A stretch of DNA of 64,000 bases. Origin: Candidatus Woesebacteria bacterium UBA5941. Lineage in GTDB: Bacteria > Patescibacteriota > Microgenomatia > UBA8517. Under the pieces are notes generated by a model. The model was not told where the DNA came from and did no database searches. It was given only the letters and a program-made list of their open reading frames with translations. The DNA is taken from NCBI GenBank assembly GCA_002430735.1, contig DJCV01000012.1:1390-65389 (forward strand). The letters are read 5' to 3'. The translations under genes and the position numbers were made by a program. Each line of letters opens with the position of its first letter. Within the stretch, counting starts at the first letter, position 1. Positions 19,274 through 29,448 of the stretch are shown here, piece by piece.

Positions 19274-20302
19274 ATGAAAGTTGCAATTTTATCCTACTAC
19301 TCGACACACGTTGAACGTGGAGTTGAAGTATGGGCACTTTCTTTAAAAGAAGCCTTACAAGATGAATGCGAGGTCACTATTTTCCATGAGAAGCGGGAAA
19401 TAGACCGTAGTATTCCAGAAAGCGCTGGGGTTATTCGAAAATTATTTCTCGACCATTGGAGCCGTGCAATCTTTGGCTTTACCTGGCAAATTTTAAGTAC
19501 ACTCAGGAAAGACAACTTCGACATTATTATTCCGACTAATGGCGGGTGGCAGGTTGCCTTAATTCGCATATATACGTTTTTCTTTCGAAAGAAAATGATC
19601 ATAGTTGGGCATGCTGGCATCGGTTATGACGATGCCTGGAATGTATTGTGGTGCCCCGATTGTTTCGTCGCTTTAAGCACATTTGCAAAACAGTGGGCGC
19701 GAAGAATTAATCCACTCATACGAATTGAGATGATCCCAAACGGTATATGGCTTGAAAAATTTACGAAAGGAGGGCAAAAAGTCTCTCTAGAATTGAAGAA
19801 GCCAATCGTTCTTTCAGTCGGTTCTCTGCAAGCCGGGAAACGGCCAGCTCTGACCATTGAGGCAGTTGCACAAATGCAGAATACTTCACTATTAATGCTT
19901 GGCGATGGCCCACTAGTAACTTCACTGTCTGAACTTGGACATGAGCTACTGGGCGAACGGTTTTTGTTAAAGAAAGTCCCGCATGTAGAAATTGCAAAAT
20001 ACTTTCATGCTGCAGATGTCTTTACATTATCAACGTGGTCTCGTGAGGCTTTTGGAATTGTGTACTTGGAAGCAATGGCGTGTAACCTTCCGATCGTTAC
20101 AACGGATGATCCGATTAAGCGCGAGATAATAGGGGATGCTGGAATCTATGTTGATCCAAATAACTCTGGTGAATATGCACGCGCACTGAAAAAGGCACTA
20201 TCGAAAGATTGGGGTCGAACGCCAAGAATTCAGGCAGAGAAATATCGATGGGAACGGGTATCAGCTCAATACAGTACACTATTTCAGTCACTTATAAAAT
20301 AA
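19274..20302 (+). CDS. Glycosyltransferase family 4
   Basis: C-terminal SREAFGIVYLEAMACNLPIVTTDD. Confidence 0.7.
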   Translation: MKVAILSYYSTHVERGVEVWALSLKEALQDECEVTIFHEKREIDRSIPESAGVIRKLFLDHWSRAIFGFTWQILSTLRKDNFDIIIPTNGGWQVALIRIYTFFFRKKMIIVGHAGIGYDDAWNVLWCPDCFVALSTFAKQWARRINPLIRIEMIPNGIWLEKFTKGGQKVSLELKKPIVLSVGSLQAGKRPALTIEAVAQMQNTSLLMLGDGPLVTSLSELGHELLGERFLLKKVPHVEIAKYFHAADVFTLSTWSREAFGIVYLEAMACNLPIVTTDDPIKREIIGDAGIYVDPNNSGEYARALKKALSKDWGRTPRIQAEKYRWERVSAQYSTLFQSLIK

Positions 20303-20306
20303 TGCG

Positions 20307-21044
20307 ATGGTATCAATCATTATCCTCACCTATAACGAAGAAAAAAACATACAACGCGCGATTGATTCCGTAAAAAAAATAAGCGATGACATCGTGATCG
20401 TCGATTCGGGAAGTATAGACAAAACGCTCGCCATTGCCAGACAGTCTGGCTGTCGCATTATCAGCCATGCACTTGATGACTTTGCTTCACAACGTAATCG
20501 AGCTACCAAACACACAAAATACCAGTGGGTGCTTTCTATGGATGCTGATGAAGAAATCCCAAAAGATCTGCAAAATGAAATCGTTACCCGATTAAAAGAA
20601 CCGATCGAAGACGCCTTTTTAATTCCACGAAGAAATATCATCTTTGGGAAAGAGATCAAACACACGAGATGGAGTCCGGATGCACATGTCTGGCTGTATA
20701 ACAAAGAAAAAGGGAAGTGGGTTGGTACGATCCATGAAGAGTATGTGACAACAGGGAGTGTTGGAATCCTCATGCATGGAAAACTGCACTATTCACACAA
20801 ATCGGTAAGAGAGTTTATCGAAATGCTAAACCAATATACTGATGAAGAAGCAAGCCGGTTATATAAAGCAGGCAACAAAGGAGGGCTGATCCCTATGTTC
20901 TTTTATTCCGCTCGTTCGTTTATTGGACGGTTCATTATAAAGAAAGGATTCCTTGATGGATATCATGGACTAGTATTATCGCTCCTCATGGCTTTTTACA
21001 GATTCGTTACCTGGGCTAAAGTGTGGGAGAAAGGACTCAAATAA
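20307..21044 (+). CDS. Glycosyltransferase family 2
   Basis: VSIIILTYNEEKNIQRAIDSV...IVIVDSGSIDKT. Confidence 0.75.
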   Translation: MVSIIILTYNEEKNIQRAIDSVKKISDDIVIVDSGSIDKTLAIARQSGCRIISHALDDFASQRNRATKHTKYQWVLSMDADEEIPKDLQNEIVTRLKEPIEDAFLIPRRNIIFGKEIKHTRWSPDAHVWLYNKEKGKWVGTIHEEYVTTGSVGILMHGKLHYSHKSVREFIEMLNQYTDEEASRLYKAGNKGGLIPMFFYSARSFIGRFIIKKGFLDGYHGLVLSLLMAFYRFVTWAKVWEKGLK

Positions 21045-21045
21045 A

Positions 21046-22479
21046 ATGCTGTACTTTTTTGTGTTGGCGTTTGTCTTGCGGTTGGTTGCAATCAACCAAG
21101 GGCTTTGGCTCGATGAGGCTATTGGCGCAATTGCTGCGAAGCAATATTCATTTATAGACATAGTCACGGTCTTTCTCCGGAATGACAATCATCCACCGCT
21201 CTATTATTTACTGTTAAAAGCATGGGCGAGTGTCTTTGGATTTTCTGATATCGCCCTTAGACTTCCGACTGTGATCCTCGGCTCACTTTCAGTTGTGATG
21301 GTATATAAGCTTACAAAAAAATATGTACCAGGAGCTGCCGTTTTGGCTGCGCTCTTCACCGCTGCCTCACCATTTCTGATCTATTACTCTCAAGAAGTTC
21401 GTATGTATATGCCAACGGTGTTTCTAACGCTTAGTGCAGTGTTTTTCTTTTTGGATACATTTGAAGACAAACGCAACCGATATTCATGGTATCTATTCAG
21501 TCTAAGTGTATGTGCATTGCTGTTTACTGATTATGTTCCAGTATTCTTACTGCCTGTTTTTCCACTGTATGCGCTTCTGAAGAGAGCTCGTACCGTTTGG
21601 TGGAGATCGTTTGGATTGTCATTTGTACCATTAGTTGTCCTCGGAATAGCATGGCTCCCTATACTACAAGTTCAAATATCTGGTGGAGCAACAGTGCTAT
21701 CATTTCTTCCTGAGTGGAAAGGTTTAGCAGGTGGTGCAACACTAAAGCAACTGATTCTTGTATGGAATAAATTCCTCTTAGGCAGAATTTCAATTCGTCC
21801 ACAATCTGTGTATTTCGCATTGATCTTGCTCTTTTCCATTCCTGTAATATACGCACTCATACGGAGTTTTATCTCAAAACGGTCATCATTTATAACCTTC
21901 GTATGGCTGTGGCTCCTCGTTCCACCATCAGTGTGTTTCCTCGTATCATTTCTCTTTCCCGCATTCATATATTTTAGACTTTCGTTTGTGGTACCTGCAT
22001 TCTTCATTCTCATTGCACATGGCATTTCACAGATAAAAAATCAGGCAACATCATTTGCGATAACAATCTCTGTACTCGTCTGCTCGACTGTAGGGCTGTA
22101 TGTGTATGCAACGCAACCGCACCAACAGCGAGAACAGTGGCGTGAAGCAGTATCGTTTGTCGAATCTACGGCGCCATCGGGGGCGATCTCTCTTTTTGAG
22201 TTTCCGGACAGTTTTGCTCCTTACCGCTGGTATACGAACGGTATTGTACCCGGCGTTGGAGGTCTTTCTGAAATAAAATCCCAAGGCGAATCTGAAAAAG
22301 GCGTGCTTTTGTCAAAAATCGAAAAGCATAAAACCATTTATTACTTTAGTTACTTACAAGATTTAACAGACCCTGATAACATCGTTCGGAGTGTCTTAGT
22401 TGAAAATGGATACCTGGTAAAAAAGGAGGTTGGAGATTTTCAAGGAGTAGGTATTATAACTATATGGGAAAGACCATAA
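21046..22479 (+). CDS. GT-C glycosyltransferase, PMT/ArnT-like (GT39/GT83-type)
   Basis: Polytopic; first loop LWLDEAIGAIAAKQ (DE motif) and NDNHPPLYYLLLKAW, characteristic of dolichyl/undecaprenyl-phosphate-sugar dependent GT-C enzymes. Confidence 0.6.
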   Translation: MLYFFVLAFVLRLVAINQGLWLDEAIGAIAAKQYSFIDIVTVFLRNDNHPPLYYLLLKAWASVFGFSDIALRLPTVILGSLSVVMVYKLTKKYVPGAAVLAALFTAASPFLIYYSQEVRMYMPTVFLTLSAVFFFLDTFEDKRNRYSWYLFSLSVCALLFTDYVPVFLLPVFPLYALLKRARTVWWRSFGLSFVPLVVLGIAWLPILQVQISGGATVLSFLPEWKGLAGGATLKQLILVWNKFLLGRISIRPQSVYFALILLFSIPVIYALIRSFISKRSSFITFVWLWLLVPPSVCFLVSFLFPAFIYFRLSFVVPAFFILIAHGISQIKNQATSFAITISVLVCSTVGLYVYATQPHQQREQWREAVSFVESTAPSGAISLFEFPDSFAPYRWYTNGIVPGVGGLSEIKSQGESEKGVLLSKIEKHKTIYYFSYLQDLTDPDNIVRSVLVENGYLVKKEVGDFQGVGIITIWERP

Positions 22480-23852
22480 TTACGAATCGCCATTTTGGCA
22501 TTATATTATCGAGCATCATTGCTCTGCATGTGTTTTTGCTTCTGAGCATACATTTCTTCCCATACCCTGAACTGTTTGTCTATCCATATCTCACAAAAAT
22601 TGGACTGGTTCCGTATAAAGAGATTTTAGACCAACACTTCCCAGGACTTATGTTCTTCCCACTAAACCTTGCAACACTCGGATTCACAACGCCAGCATCC
22701 TTCCGGTTATTACAAATAGGATGTGTGCTCCTCAGTCACGTTGGAATTCTGCTTCTGACTCGAATGCTCACAAAAAATAAGTTAAAGATACTTACGGTAT
22801 CGCTCTTATATGTGATATGGCAATCATATTTTGAAGGATATACCGTGTGGATTGAAACGTTTATTACCCCCATACTCTTATTTGGATGTTACTTCCTTAT
22901 TAAAGGCATCGAATCAACATCTCGAAGACAGCTGGTCGGAAGCGGTATCTTGTTGGGGATAGCGCTCGTGATGAAACAGGTGGTCTTACCGCTCATTTTG
23001 TTATTAGGACTCATCTTATGGATCAAGAAAGTTAGATGGAGTCTCTTGCAGTGGATCGGTGTAGGCATCGGTATTCCATTAGTTGTTCTCGGTGTTTTTG
23101 TTTTGGCACGGGGAATTATTTTAGATTTTTGGTATTGGACCGTTATATTTAACGTAAGCGTATTCCGTGAAATGGGTCGTAAGTTTGCAACTCCCCGAGA
23201 GGCTCTAACGCTTCTTGCGTTTTGTTCCGTTGCATTGGGAAGTCTTCTCGTCCAGCTAAAATCAAAAAATGTCGCATTATCGCGGTTATTAATAGGCACA
23301 TTTTTCCTCGGTTCATTTGCCTTCGCGTATGCGCGCTTTGATTTTATTCACCTCCAACCATTAGTCCCATTTGCTCTTGTTTTAACGGCAACTATAGAAA
23401 TTAAGAGTAAACGGTTTATGCTTGGATTATTAATGGCATATGTGGTTGGGAGTGTTATTTTTGGGGCACGGTTCTTTACTCGATATTGGGGACCTTCAGT
23501 CAAGTTTTTCGATCAACAGGATTATGTAGTCTTTAATGAAGTGTCTGAGCGAGTATCTAAAGGTGACGCCGTTTTTGCGTTTGCCACATACCCACATGTA
23601 TACGCCATGACAGAAACACACCCTGCAGGAAACGTCTTTGTCTTTCATTTCCCTTGGTTTATGAAAGTTTCTGAAAAACGAATATTAGCTGGGCTCATGA
23701 TGGATAAGCCGAAAGTTGTACTGAGGGATATGAATGCAACCACAGATGGGTATAATCTAGTTACTTATATGCCTGAAATCAGTCGCTATATTGAGCGATA
23801 TTACAAAGTAGACGAAATTGTTGGTCAAACTGAAATTATGATTCCCCGATGA
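22464..23852 (+). CDS. Polytopic membrane protein, possible GT-C-like glycosyltransferase
   Basis: 462 aa, many hydrophobic helices; no specific motif recognised. Confidence 0.4.
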   Translation: MGKTIITNRHFGIILSSIIALHVFLLLSIHFFPYPELFVYPYLTKIGLVPYKEILDQHFPGLMFFPLNLATLGFTTPASFRLLQIGCVLLSHVGILLLTRMLTKNKLKILTVSLLYVIWQSYFEGYTVWIETFITPILLFGCYFLIKGIESTSRRQLVGSGILLGIALVMKQVVLPLILLLGLILWIKKVRWSLLQWIGVGIGIPLVVLGVFVLARGIILDFWYWTVIFNVSVFREMGRKFATPREALTLLAFCSVALGSLLVQLKSKNVALSRLLIGTFFLGSFAFAYARFDFIHLQPLVPFALVLTATIEIKSKRFMLGLLMAYVVGSVIFGARFFTRYWGPSVKFFDQQDYVVFNEVSERVSKGDAVFAFATYPHVYAMTETHPAGNVFVFHFPWFMKVSEKRILAGLMMDKPKVVLRDMNATTDGYNLVTYMPEISRYIERYYKVDEIVGQTEIMIPR

Positions 23853-24907
23853 ATATAGGTATAGACATTTCACAGGTAGTCTATGGGACTGGCGTTTCCG
23901 TTTATACAAAAGAGCTCGTTCGAGAACTGCTTCTTTTAAAAAGCGAACATCATTTCACCTTATTTGCAGGAGTGCTCCGTAGGTCACGGGATCTGGATGC
24001 ATATGTAAAAACCCTGAGTGGGAATTTCACTCTGGTCACAGCACCCATACCACCTCGTGTTGCAGATGTTCTGTGGAATTACATTCAAGTAATCCCTATC
24101 GAGTTCTTTGTGGGGAATGTGTCACTCTTTCATACCTCAGACTGGACCGAACCACGGGCTCGGTGTCCAAAAATATCTACCGTGCATGATCTCTCTCCTC
24201 TTTTGTACCCTGAGACTGCACATCCTCGAGTCAAACGGGTGTTTTTAAGAAAACTCCATTTACTTAAAGAATCACAAAACCATGTAATAGTGCCAAGCTT
24301 AACAATTGAAAACGAGCTCTTAAAACAGGGATTCCTTTCAACGCACATTCACACTATTTACGAAGCCCCACATCCAGCACTTATCAACGCTCCACAGCTT
24401 GATGTTTTTAAACGATTTTCACTGCCTAAACAGTATGCCTTGTGTGTGGGTACAAATGAGCGGAAAAATCTTGAACGTTCGATAGGGGCGTGCCGGAAGT
24501 TGGGCATACACTTAGTAGTTGTTGGAGAATCACAAAACAACATGCATGTCAGTAGTGAGGTGACATATACCGGATTTGTCTCCAACACCGAACTTGCAAA
24601 TCTCTATCGTCATGCAGTGGTTTTCTTGTATCCGTCGCTATATGAAGGTTTTGGGCTGCCCATTCTAGAAGCATTTGCGTTAGCTTGTCCTGTCGTGACG
24701 AGTAATCTTGGCAGCATGCAAGAAATTGCAGGGGATGCAGCAGTTCTCGTAAACCCTTACGACGAAGCATCTCTGGTATCTGGCGTGAAGCGTGCAATTA
24801 AGACAAGAACAACGCTTATTAAAAAAGGTGAAAAGCGTGTAAGGATGTTTAGTTGGCGGACTGCTGCAGAAAAAACGTTAGCGCTTTATGAATCACTCGA
24901 TCTATAA
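23849..24907 (+). CDS. Glycosyltransferase family 4
   Basis: YPSLYEGFGLPILEAFALACPVVTSN. Confidence 0.75.
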   Translation: MNIGIDISQVVYGTGVSVYTKELVRELLLLKSEHHFTLFAGVLRRSRDLDAYVKTLSGNFTLVTAPIPPRVADVLWNYIQVIPIEFFVGNVSLFHTSDWTEPRARCPKISTVHDLSPLLYPETAHPRVKRVFLRKLHLLKESQNHVIVPSLTIENELLKQGFLSTHIHTIYEAPHPALINAPQLDVFKRFSLPKQYALCVGTNERKNLERSIGACRKLGIHLVVVGESQNNMHVSSEVTYTGFVSNTELANLYRHAVVFLYPSLYEGFGLPILEAFALACPVVTSNLGSMQEIAGDAAVLVNPYDEASLVSGVKRAIKTRTTLIKKGEKRVRMFSWRTAAEKTLALYESLDL

Positions 24908-24916
24908 GAAAACCGT

Positions 24917-26062
24917 ATGAAAAACACCGTGAAACCAATTATCGGAATAGATGGTAATGAAGCCAATGTTGAAAACCGTGTTGGGGTGAATACCTACGCA
25001 TACGAAGTGCTCAATAGTATCGCGAAACTAGAGGATGACTGGAGCACACGCGCTCGGGTGGTTGTTTACTTGCGCTCAAAACCGCTGAACCATATGCCTC
25101 CAGAGACTCAGCACTTTTCATACAAGGTCTTACACGGAGGTGGCCAATGGATCCTCCGGACATTGACCCCTCATCTTTTCATGAGCTCTACTCGTCCGCG
25201 CGTTTTTTGGTCTCCGAGTCACTACATCCCTCCGGTTGCGCCGATGAGTCGAGTATGTTCAATAATGGACCTTGGTTACTTGGAGTTTTCGAGCCAATTT
25301 AAAAAATATGATTTCTGGCAGTTAAAGCTCTGGAGTGCTTGGTCTATAAAAAATGCCCGAAAGGTTTTGTCGATCTCTGAGGCAACGAGAAAAGACATTA
25401 TAAAACATTACCCCGGAAGTCGTGAAAAACTGACAACCACCCTTCTTGGCTATGATCATACCATCTATAACACACACATAAACCCAACCGCAATTGAAAC
25501 GGTAAAACGCACTTACTCTATAGGTCAACAATATCTTTTGTTCATGAGTACCTTAAAGCCGAGTAAGAATGTAGAAGGGCTACTTCGAGCATGGGCACGT
25601 ATTGAAAAGGATTATCCTAAGGTGACCCTTGTCATTGCAGGAAAGAAAGGTTGGCTCTTTGAACAAATCTTTTCTCTCACGGAAAAGCTTTCACTGGAGG
25701 AGCGTGTAGTCTTCACCGATTTTGTTCGTGAAAACGAAAAACCCCCGCTTATTGCAGGAGCTACTGCGTTCGTTCTGCCATCGTTCTGGGAAGGATTCGG
25801 GTTAGATGTTGTCTCTGCTATGGCATGTGGTGTGCCGGTTGTTATTTCGGATCGAGGAAGTCTCCCTGAAGTTGCAGGGAAGGCCGGCATTGTCGTTAAT
25901 CCTGATGATGATCGCTCGATCGCACAAGGAATTGAGAAGATACTTACTGCATCAAGCGGTGAATATAAGGAGAGGGTCAAAATGGGCCTCCATGAAGCAA
26001 AGCGCTTTAACTGGGACAACACTGCGCGAGAAACAATAAAAGTACTACTCTCTTTATTGTAA
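24917..26062 (+). CDS. Glycosyltransferase family 4
   Basis: PSFWEGFGLDVVSAMACGVPVVISD. Confidence 0.75.
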   Translation: MKNTVKPIIGIDGNEANVENRVGVNTYAYEVLNSIAKLEDDWSTRARVVVYLRSKPLNHMPPETQHFSYKVLHGGGQWILRTLTPHLFMSSTRPRVFWSPSHYIPPVAPMSRVCSIMDLGYLEFSSQFKKYDFWQLKLWSAWSIKNARKVLSISEATRKDIIKHYPGSREKLTTTLLGYDHTIYNTHINPTAIETVKRTYSIGQQYLLFMSTLKPSKNVEGLLRAWARIEKDYPKVTLVIAGKKGWLFEQIFSLTEKLSLEERVVFTDFVRENEKPPLIAGATAFVLPSFWEGFGLDVVSAMACGVPVVISDRGSLPEVAGKAGIVVNPDDDRSIAQGIEKILTASSGEYKERVKMGLHEAKRFNWDNTARETIKVLLSLL

Positions 26063-26107
26063 GGAAATGATCCTGTGTAAGCTCCACGATTTTGGTACAA
26101 TAAGCTC

Positions 26108-26749
26108 ATGTTGGTTTTACAGAACTTAGAAATTACTGGGAGTGGAATTTCTTTTCAGGATAAACACGGCAAGAAATTAACACTTGGAAATGCAGCATCG
26201 AAAATTTTAAACCGGTTTTATAACTACTATTTAGACTTCTCCTTATTTGTCATTCACCTAGTTACCCTTCATGTTCCTATTTGGACAATACGTAAAGCAG
26301 TCTTACAAAGTGCTGGCGTTACAATTGGTTCAGGAAGCGTAATTCACATGGGTGCAAAGTTCTTCGATCCTAAGGGTGTTACCGTTGGTGAAGATTCTAT
26401 GCTCGGCGATCGAATCTTTTTGGACGGTCGTGAAAAACTAACCATTGGAAGCCATGTTGATATTGCTTCAGAAGTTATGATTTATAACTCTGAGCACGAT
26501 TTAAGCGCCCAAGACTTTCATGCTGTAAATGGTGCGGTCACCATCGAAGATTATGTCTTTATCGGACCGCGAGCGATTATCTTGCCAGGAGTTACTATCT
26601 CTAAAGGTGCAGTCGTTGCTGCAGGTGCTGTGGTTACAAAGGATGTTCCGGCATTTACTATGGTCGGAGGCGTTCCTGCCAAAGTGATTGGTGAGCGCAA
26701 ATTGAAAAAGCTGTCATATCGATTGGGACGCGCACGATTATTTCAATGA
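26108..26749 (+). CDS. Sugar O-acetyltransferase, left-handed beta-helix (hexapeptide repeat)
   Basis: Repeated [LIV]G hexapeptide pattern: IGSGSVIHMGAKF, VGEDSMLGDRIFL, IGSHVDIASEVMI, IGPRAIILPGVTISKGAVVAAGAVV, VGGVPAKVIG. Confidence 0.7.
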   Translation: MLVLQNLEITGSGISFQDKHGKKLTLGNAASKILNRFYNYYLDFSLFVIHLVTLHVPIWTIRKAVLQSAGVTIGSGSVIHMGAKFFDPKGVTVGEDSMLGDRIFLDGREKLTIGSHVDIASEVMIYNSEHDLSAQDFHAVNGAVTIEDYVFIGPRAIILPGVTISKGAVVAAGAVVTKDVPAFTMVGGVPAKVIGERKLKKLSYRLGRARLFQ

Positions 26750-27270
26750 GAAAATCCACAATCCTAAAGCTTGCCTTCGGTATTCCATTTTTAGCACTGT
26801 ATTTTCGCTATTTTACAATTCCCAATTATCCATTCCCAGGGCCGCCACCTGATGCGCTGCAATCATATGAGCCAGCAGACACAGAAACTCCGCTTAGACG
26901 CGGATACTTCACACAGTACACGCGAGAGCAAGTAATTGCGCATTATCGCGGACAGCTCGATTATCTTCCGGTCATTCGTTTGAACTATCCACCAGAGGAG
27001 GCGGGGACCATTATTCGTGATCAGACCCGCAGCTGGTATCTTGAAGAATTAGCTCACCCACTGCGAGGTTCACTCTTCATTAATGGGTTTATTGCACAAA
27101 AAGCACAGGATAACATCGTCATTGATGGAAAACCGTTTCACCAAAAAATCACTATTAAGTACGTGCCAAGCAATGTATTTGTGAGACTTGCAATTTCAGG
27201 TCTTATATTGCTGGCCATTTACCTCCTCTATTTGGAATGGAAAAAAGCCCTACAGTCTCTATTGTCATAG
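26746..27270 (+). CDS. Hypothetical membrane protein (N- and C-terminal hydrophobic helices)
   Basis: ORF track; ATGA-coupled to upstream gene; no recognisable motif. Confidence 0.4.
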   Translation: MRKSTILKLAFGIPFLALYFRYFTIPNYPFPGPPPDALQSYEPADTETPLRRGYFTQYTREQVIAHYRGQLDYLPVIRLNYPPEEAGTIIRDQTRSWYLEELAHPLRGSLFINGFIAQKAQDNIVIDGKPFHQKITIKYVPSNVFVRLAISGLILLAIYLLYLEWKKALQSLLS

Positions 27271-28130
27271 TTAACTACAACACGAAGGATTTACTGAAAA
27301 ATTGTATTGAATCAATTACGCAGCAGATTCGCGTATCTTTTGAAATCATTGTTGTAGACAATGCATCAACTGATGGAAGTGTTGCGTTTGTTAAGTCCTT
27401 AAAAAACAGCGCAGTACGATTAATTGAATCAAAGGAGAACACCGGTTTTGCGAAAGGAAATAATTTGGGTTTAAAAAAAGCTCGCGGGGCCTATTTATTG
27501 CTTTTAAACTCAGATACGGTTTTAACCGAAGATTCAGTGTCTGCGTGCATCTCGTATCTCAAAAAAAACGAGGAAGCAGGGATTGTAAGTTGTTCTCTGA
27601 AAAACGCCGATGGTTCAATGCAACCAACTGGAGGGTACTTCCCAAACCCAGCGCGGCTCTTTTTATGGATGACCTTTCTTGATGATGTCCCACTTATTAA
27701 TAGTATCTGCAAACCGTTTCACCCGCCGGCGAGTTACTATACTCGGGACATGCCTCTCGATTGGGTAACCGGTGCATTTTTTATGTTTCCACACAAATTA
27801 TTGAAAACTGTTGGTTATTTGGATGAAGACTACTTCATGTACGTAGAGGAGATGGATTTTTGTTACCGCGCACGAGAGAAGGGCTATCGAGTTCAGTACC
27901 TACACAACAGTGCGATTACTCACTTAGGGCGTGCAAGCAGCACAAACGAGTTTGCAATTCTTTCAGAATACAAAAATATTATGCTGTTTTATCGGAAGCA
28001 TTTGTCATCGTTCACGCAATACTGTCGAGTTATGTTGAAGTTTGGAGCAGGACTTCGAGTATTGGTATTCGGTATACTAGGGAAATCAGCTCAAAGAGCA
28101 ATTTATGCAAAAGCTTTTAAATCTATTTGA
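27237..28130 (+). CDS. Glycosyltransferase family 2
   Basis: TVSIVIVNYNTKDLLKNCIESI...EIIVVDNASTDGS. Confidence 0.8.
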   Translation: MEKSPTVSIVIVNYNTKDLLKNCIESITQQIRVSFEIIVVDNASTDGSVAFVKSLKNSAVRLIESKENTGFAKGNNLGLKKARGAYLLLLNSDTVLTEDSVSACISYLKKNEEAGIVSCSLKNADGSMQPTGGYFPNPARLFLWMTFLDDVPLINSICKPFHPPASYYTRDMPLDWVTGAFFMFPHKLLKTVGYLDEDYFMYVEEMDFCYRAREKGYRVQYLHNSAITHLGRASSTNEFAILSEYKNIMLFYRKHLSSFTQYCRVMLKFGAGLRVLVFGILGKSAQRAIYAKAFKSI

Positions 28131-29448
28131 AACCGTTTGGAATAAGACAGGTAAGTATTTGATTGGGACGCTTATTTTAGCGATTCCTCTCTATCCAAAG
28201 TTCCCTTTTTTTGATATCCCAGGGATTTATGTATCTATTAGACTTGAAGATTTTGTTATTTTTGTGATTTGCCTCGTTTGGTTTCTCGCACATATCAGAA
28301 AAATTCCAACGATTCTTAAAACAAATAATATTTGGCGTGCATTTCTCCTTTTTTGGGCAATTGGACTCCTTTCAACGATTTCAGCAATCTTTTTGACTCA
28401 AACCGTTGACCCACTGATCGCATTATTAAGTTGGGCCCGAAGAATTGAGTATATGGTGATTTTTCTTCTCTGTCTTGATTTGAAAGTAACCAAGAAAGAA
28501 CTCCTTTTCTTTGTAGCTTGTTTCGCCGCGGTTGTTGTCTACGCTTTTGGTTATGGAGTAGGTCAAAAATACTTTAACTGGCCTATTATTACTACACAAA
28601 ACGAAGAGTACTCCAAGGGAATTGCACTCTTTTATATGCCAGGAGGACATTTGGTATCGACGTTTGCTGGGCATTATGACATGGCATCAGTTCTAATTTT
28701 AATAACACCATTGTTATTAGTGTTTGCGACACATCCGTCCATCTTTGAAAAAGGCAGACGAGGACTGCTTATTAGTGGATTATTGTCTGTAATTATCCTG
28801 CTTGGTATGTGGCTTGTTGCGAACGCGGCCTCACGTATTTCAATTGTTTCATATGTCGGGGTAGCCTCCCTTGCACTGCTTTTGGTGAGGCGCATGTATC
28901 TAATCCCTGTATTTGCCATTGTGGTATTTCTTGTTGCCGCTAGCTCAAGCAGCTTAATTGGCAGATATATGAATATCTTTGACGTACTGATCGACAAAGT
29001 AAGTGCAGCAGATGTCTCAACCATTATGACCCCTACTCCGGAGCCGACTCCGATCCCTCCGGTTGAAGATCGCTCGACAAATATTCGTCTTGCAGTTGAA
29101 TGGCCGCGTGCAATCAGAGCGTTAACAAAAAACTCTTTACTCGGAACAGGATATTCATCAATCACATTAGCAACAGATAACGAGTATTTGCGCAGTCTAG
29201 GAGAAGTGGGCATTATTGGATCACTCTCATTTTTACTGTGTTTCGTGTTGATTATCACGGAATTGGTGAAGCGATTTTGGAGAAACAAAACATTTAATAC
29301 CCAGAAATTACTCGTTGCTTCGGCGCTGGCACTTTTGCCAGGCGTCTTTTTAAATATGGTATTTATTGATATTTTGGAGGCATCTAAATTTGCCATTATG
29401 TTTTGGCTCTTTTTAGGGATAACATTGGCACACGCACGTACATCATGA
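28105..29448 (+). CDS. O-antigen ligase/polymerase-like membrane protein (Wzy_C-like)
   Basis: Polytopic; periplasmic-loop region with Pro/Thr linker TPTPEPTPIPP and WPRAIRALTKNSLLGTGYSS resembling the Wzy_C/O-antigen-ligase loop. Confidence 0.45.
   Translation: MQKLLNLFETVWNKTGKYLIGTLILAIPLYPKFPFFDIPGIYVSIRLEDFVIFVICLVWFLAHIRKIPTILKTNNIWRAFLLFWAIGLLSTISAIFLTQTVDPLIALLSWARRIEYMVIFLLCLDLKVTKKELLFFVACFAAVVVYAFGYGVGQKYFNWPIITTQNEEYSKGIALFYMPGGHLVSTFAGHYDMASVLILITPLLLVFATHPSIFEKGRRGLLISGLLSVIILLGMWLVANAASRISIVSYVGVASLALLLVRRMYLIPVFAIVVFLVAASSSSLIGRYMNIFDVLIDKVSAADVSTIMTPTPEPTPIPPVEDRSTNIRLAVEWPRAIRALTKNSLLGTGYSSITLATDNEYLRSLGEVGIIGSLSFLLCFVLIITELVKRFWRNKTFNTQKLLVASALALLPGVFLNMVFIDILEASKFAIMFWLFLGITLAHARTS

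Noticed and set aside
20330-20773. 147-aa minus-strand ORF
   Set aside because: Shadow ORF antisense to a GT2 gene with a clear GT2 signature
22889-23299. 136-aa minus-strand ORF
   Set aside because: Antisense to the 22464-23852 membrane protein gene
25612-26109. 165-aa minus-strand ORF
   Set aside because: Antisense to a GT4 gene carrying the EX7E-region motif; no support of its own
28674-29396. 240-aa minus-strand ORF
   Set aside because: Lies wholly inside the well-supported polytopic membrane gene 28105-29448; product is low-complexity and not protein-like
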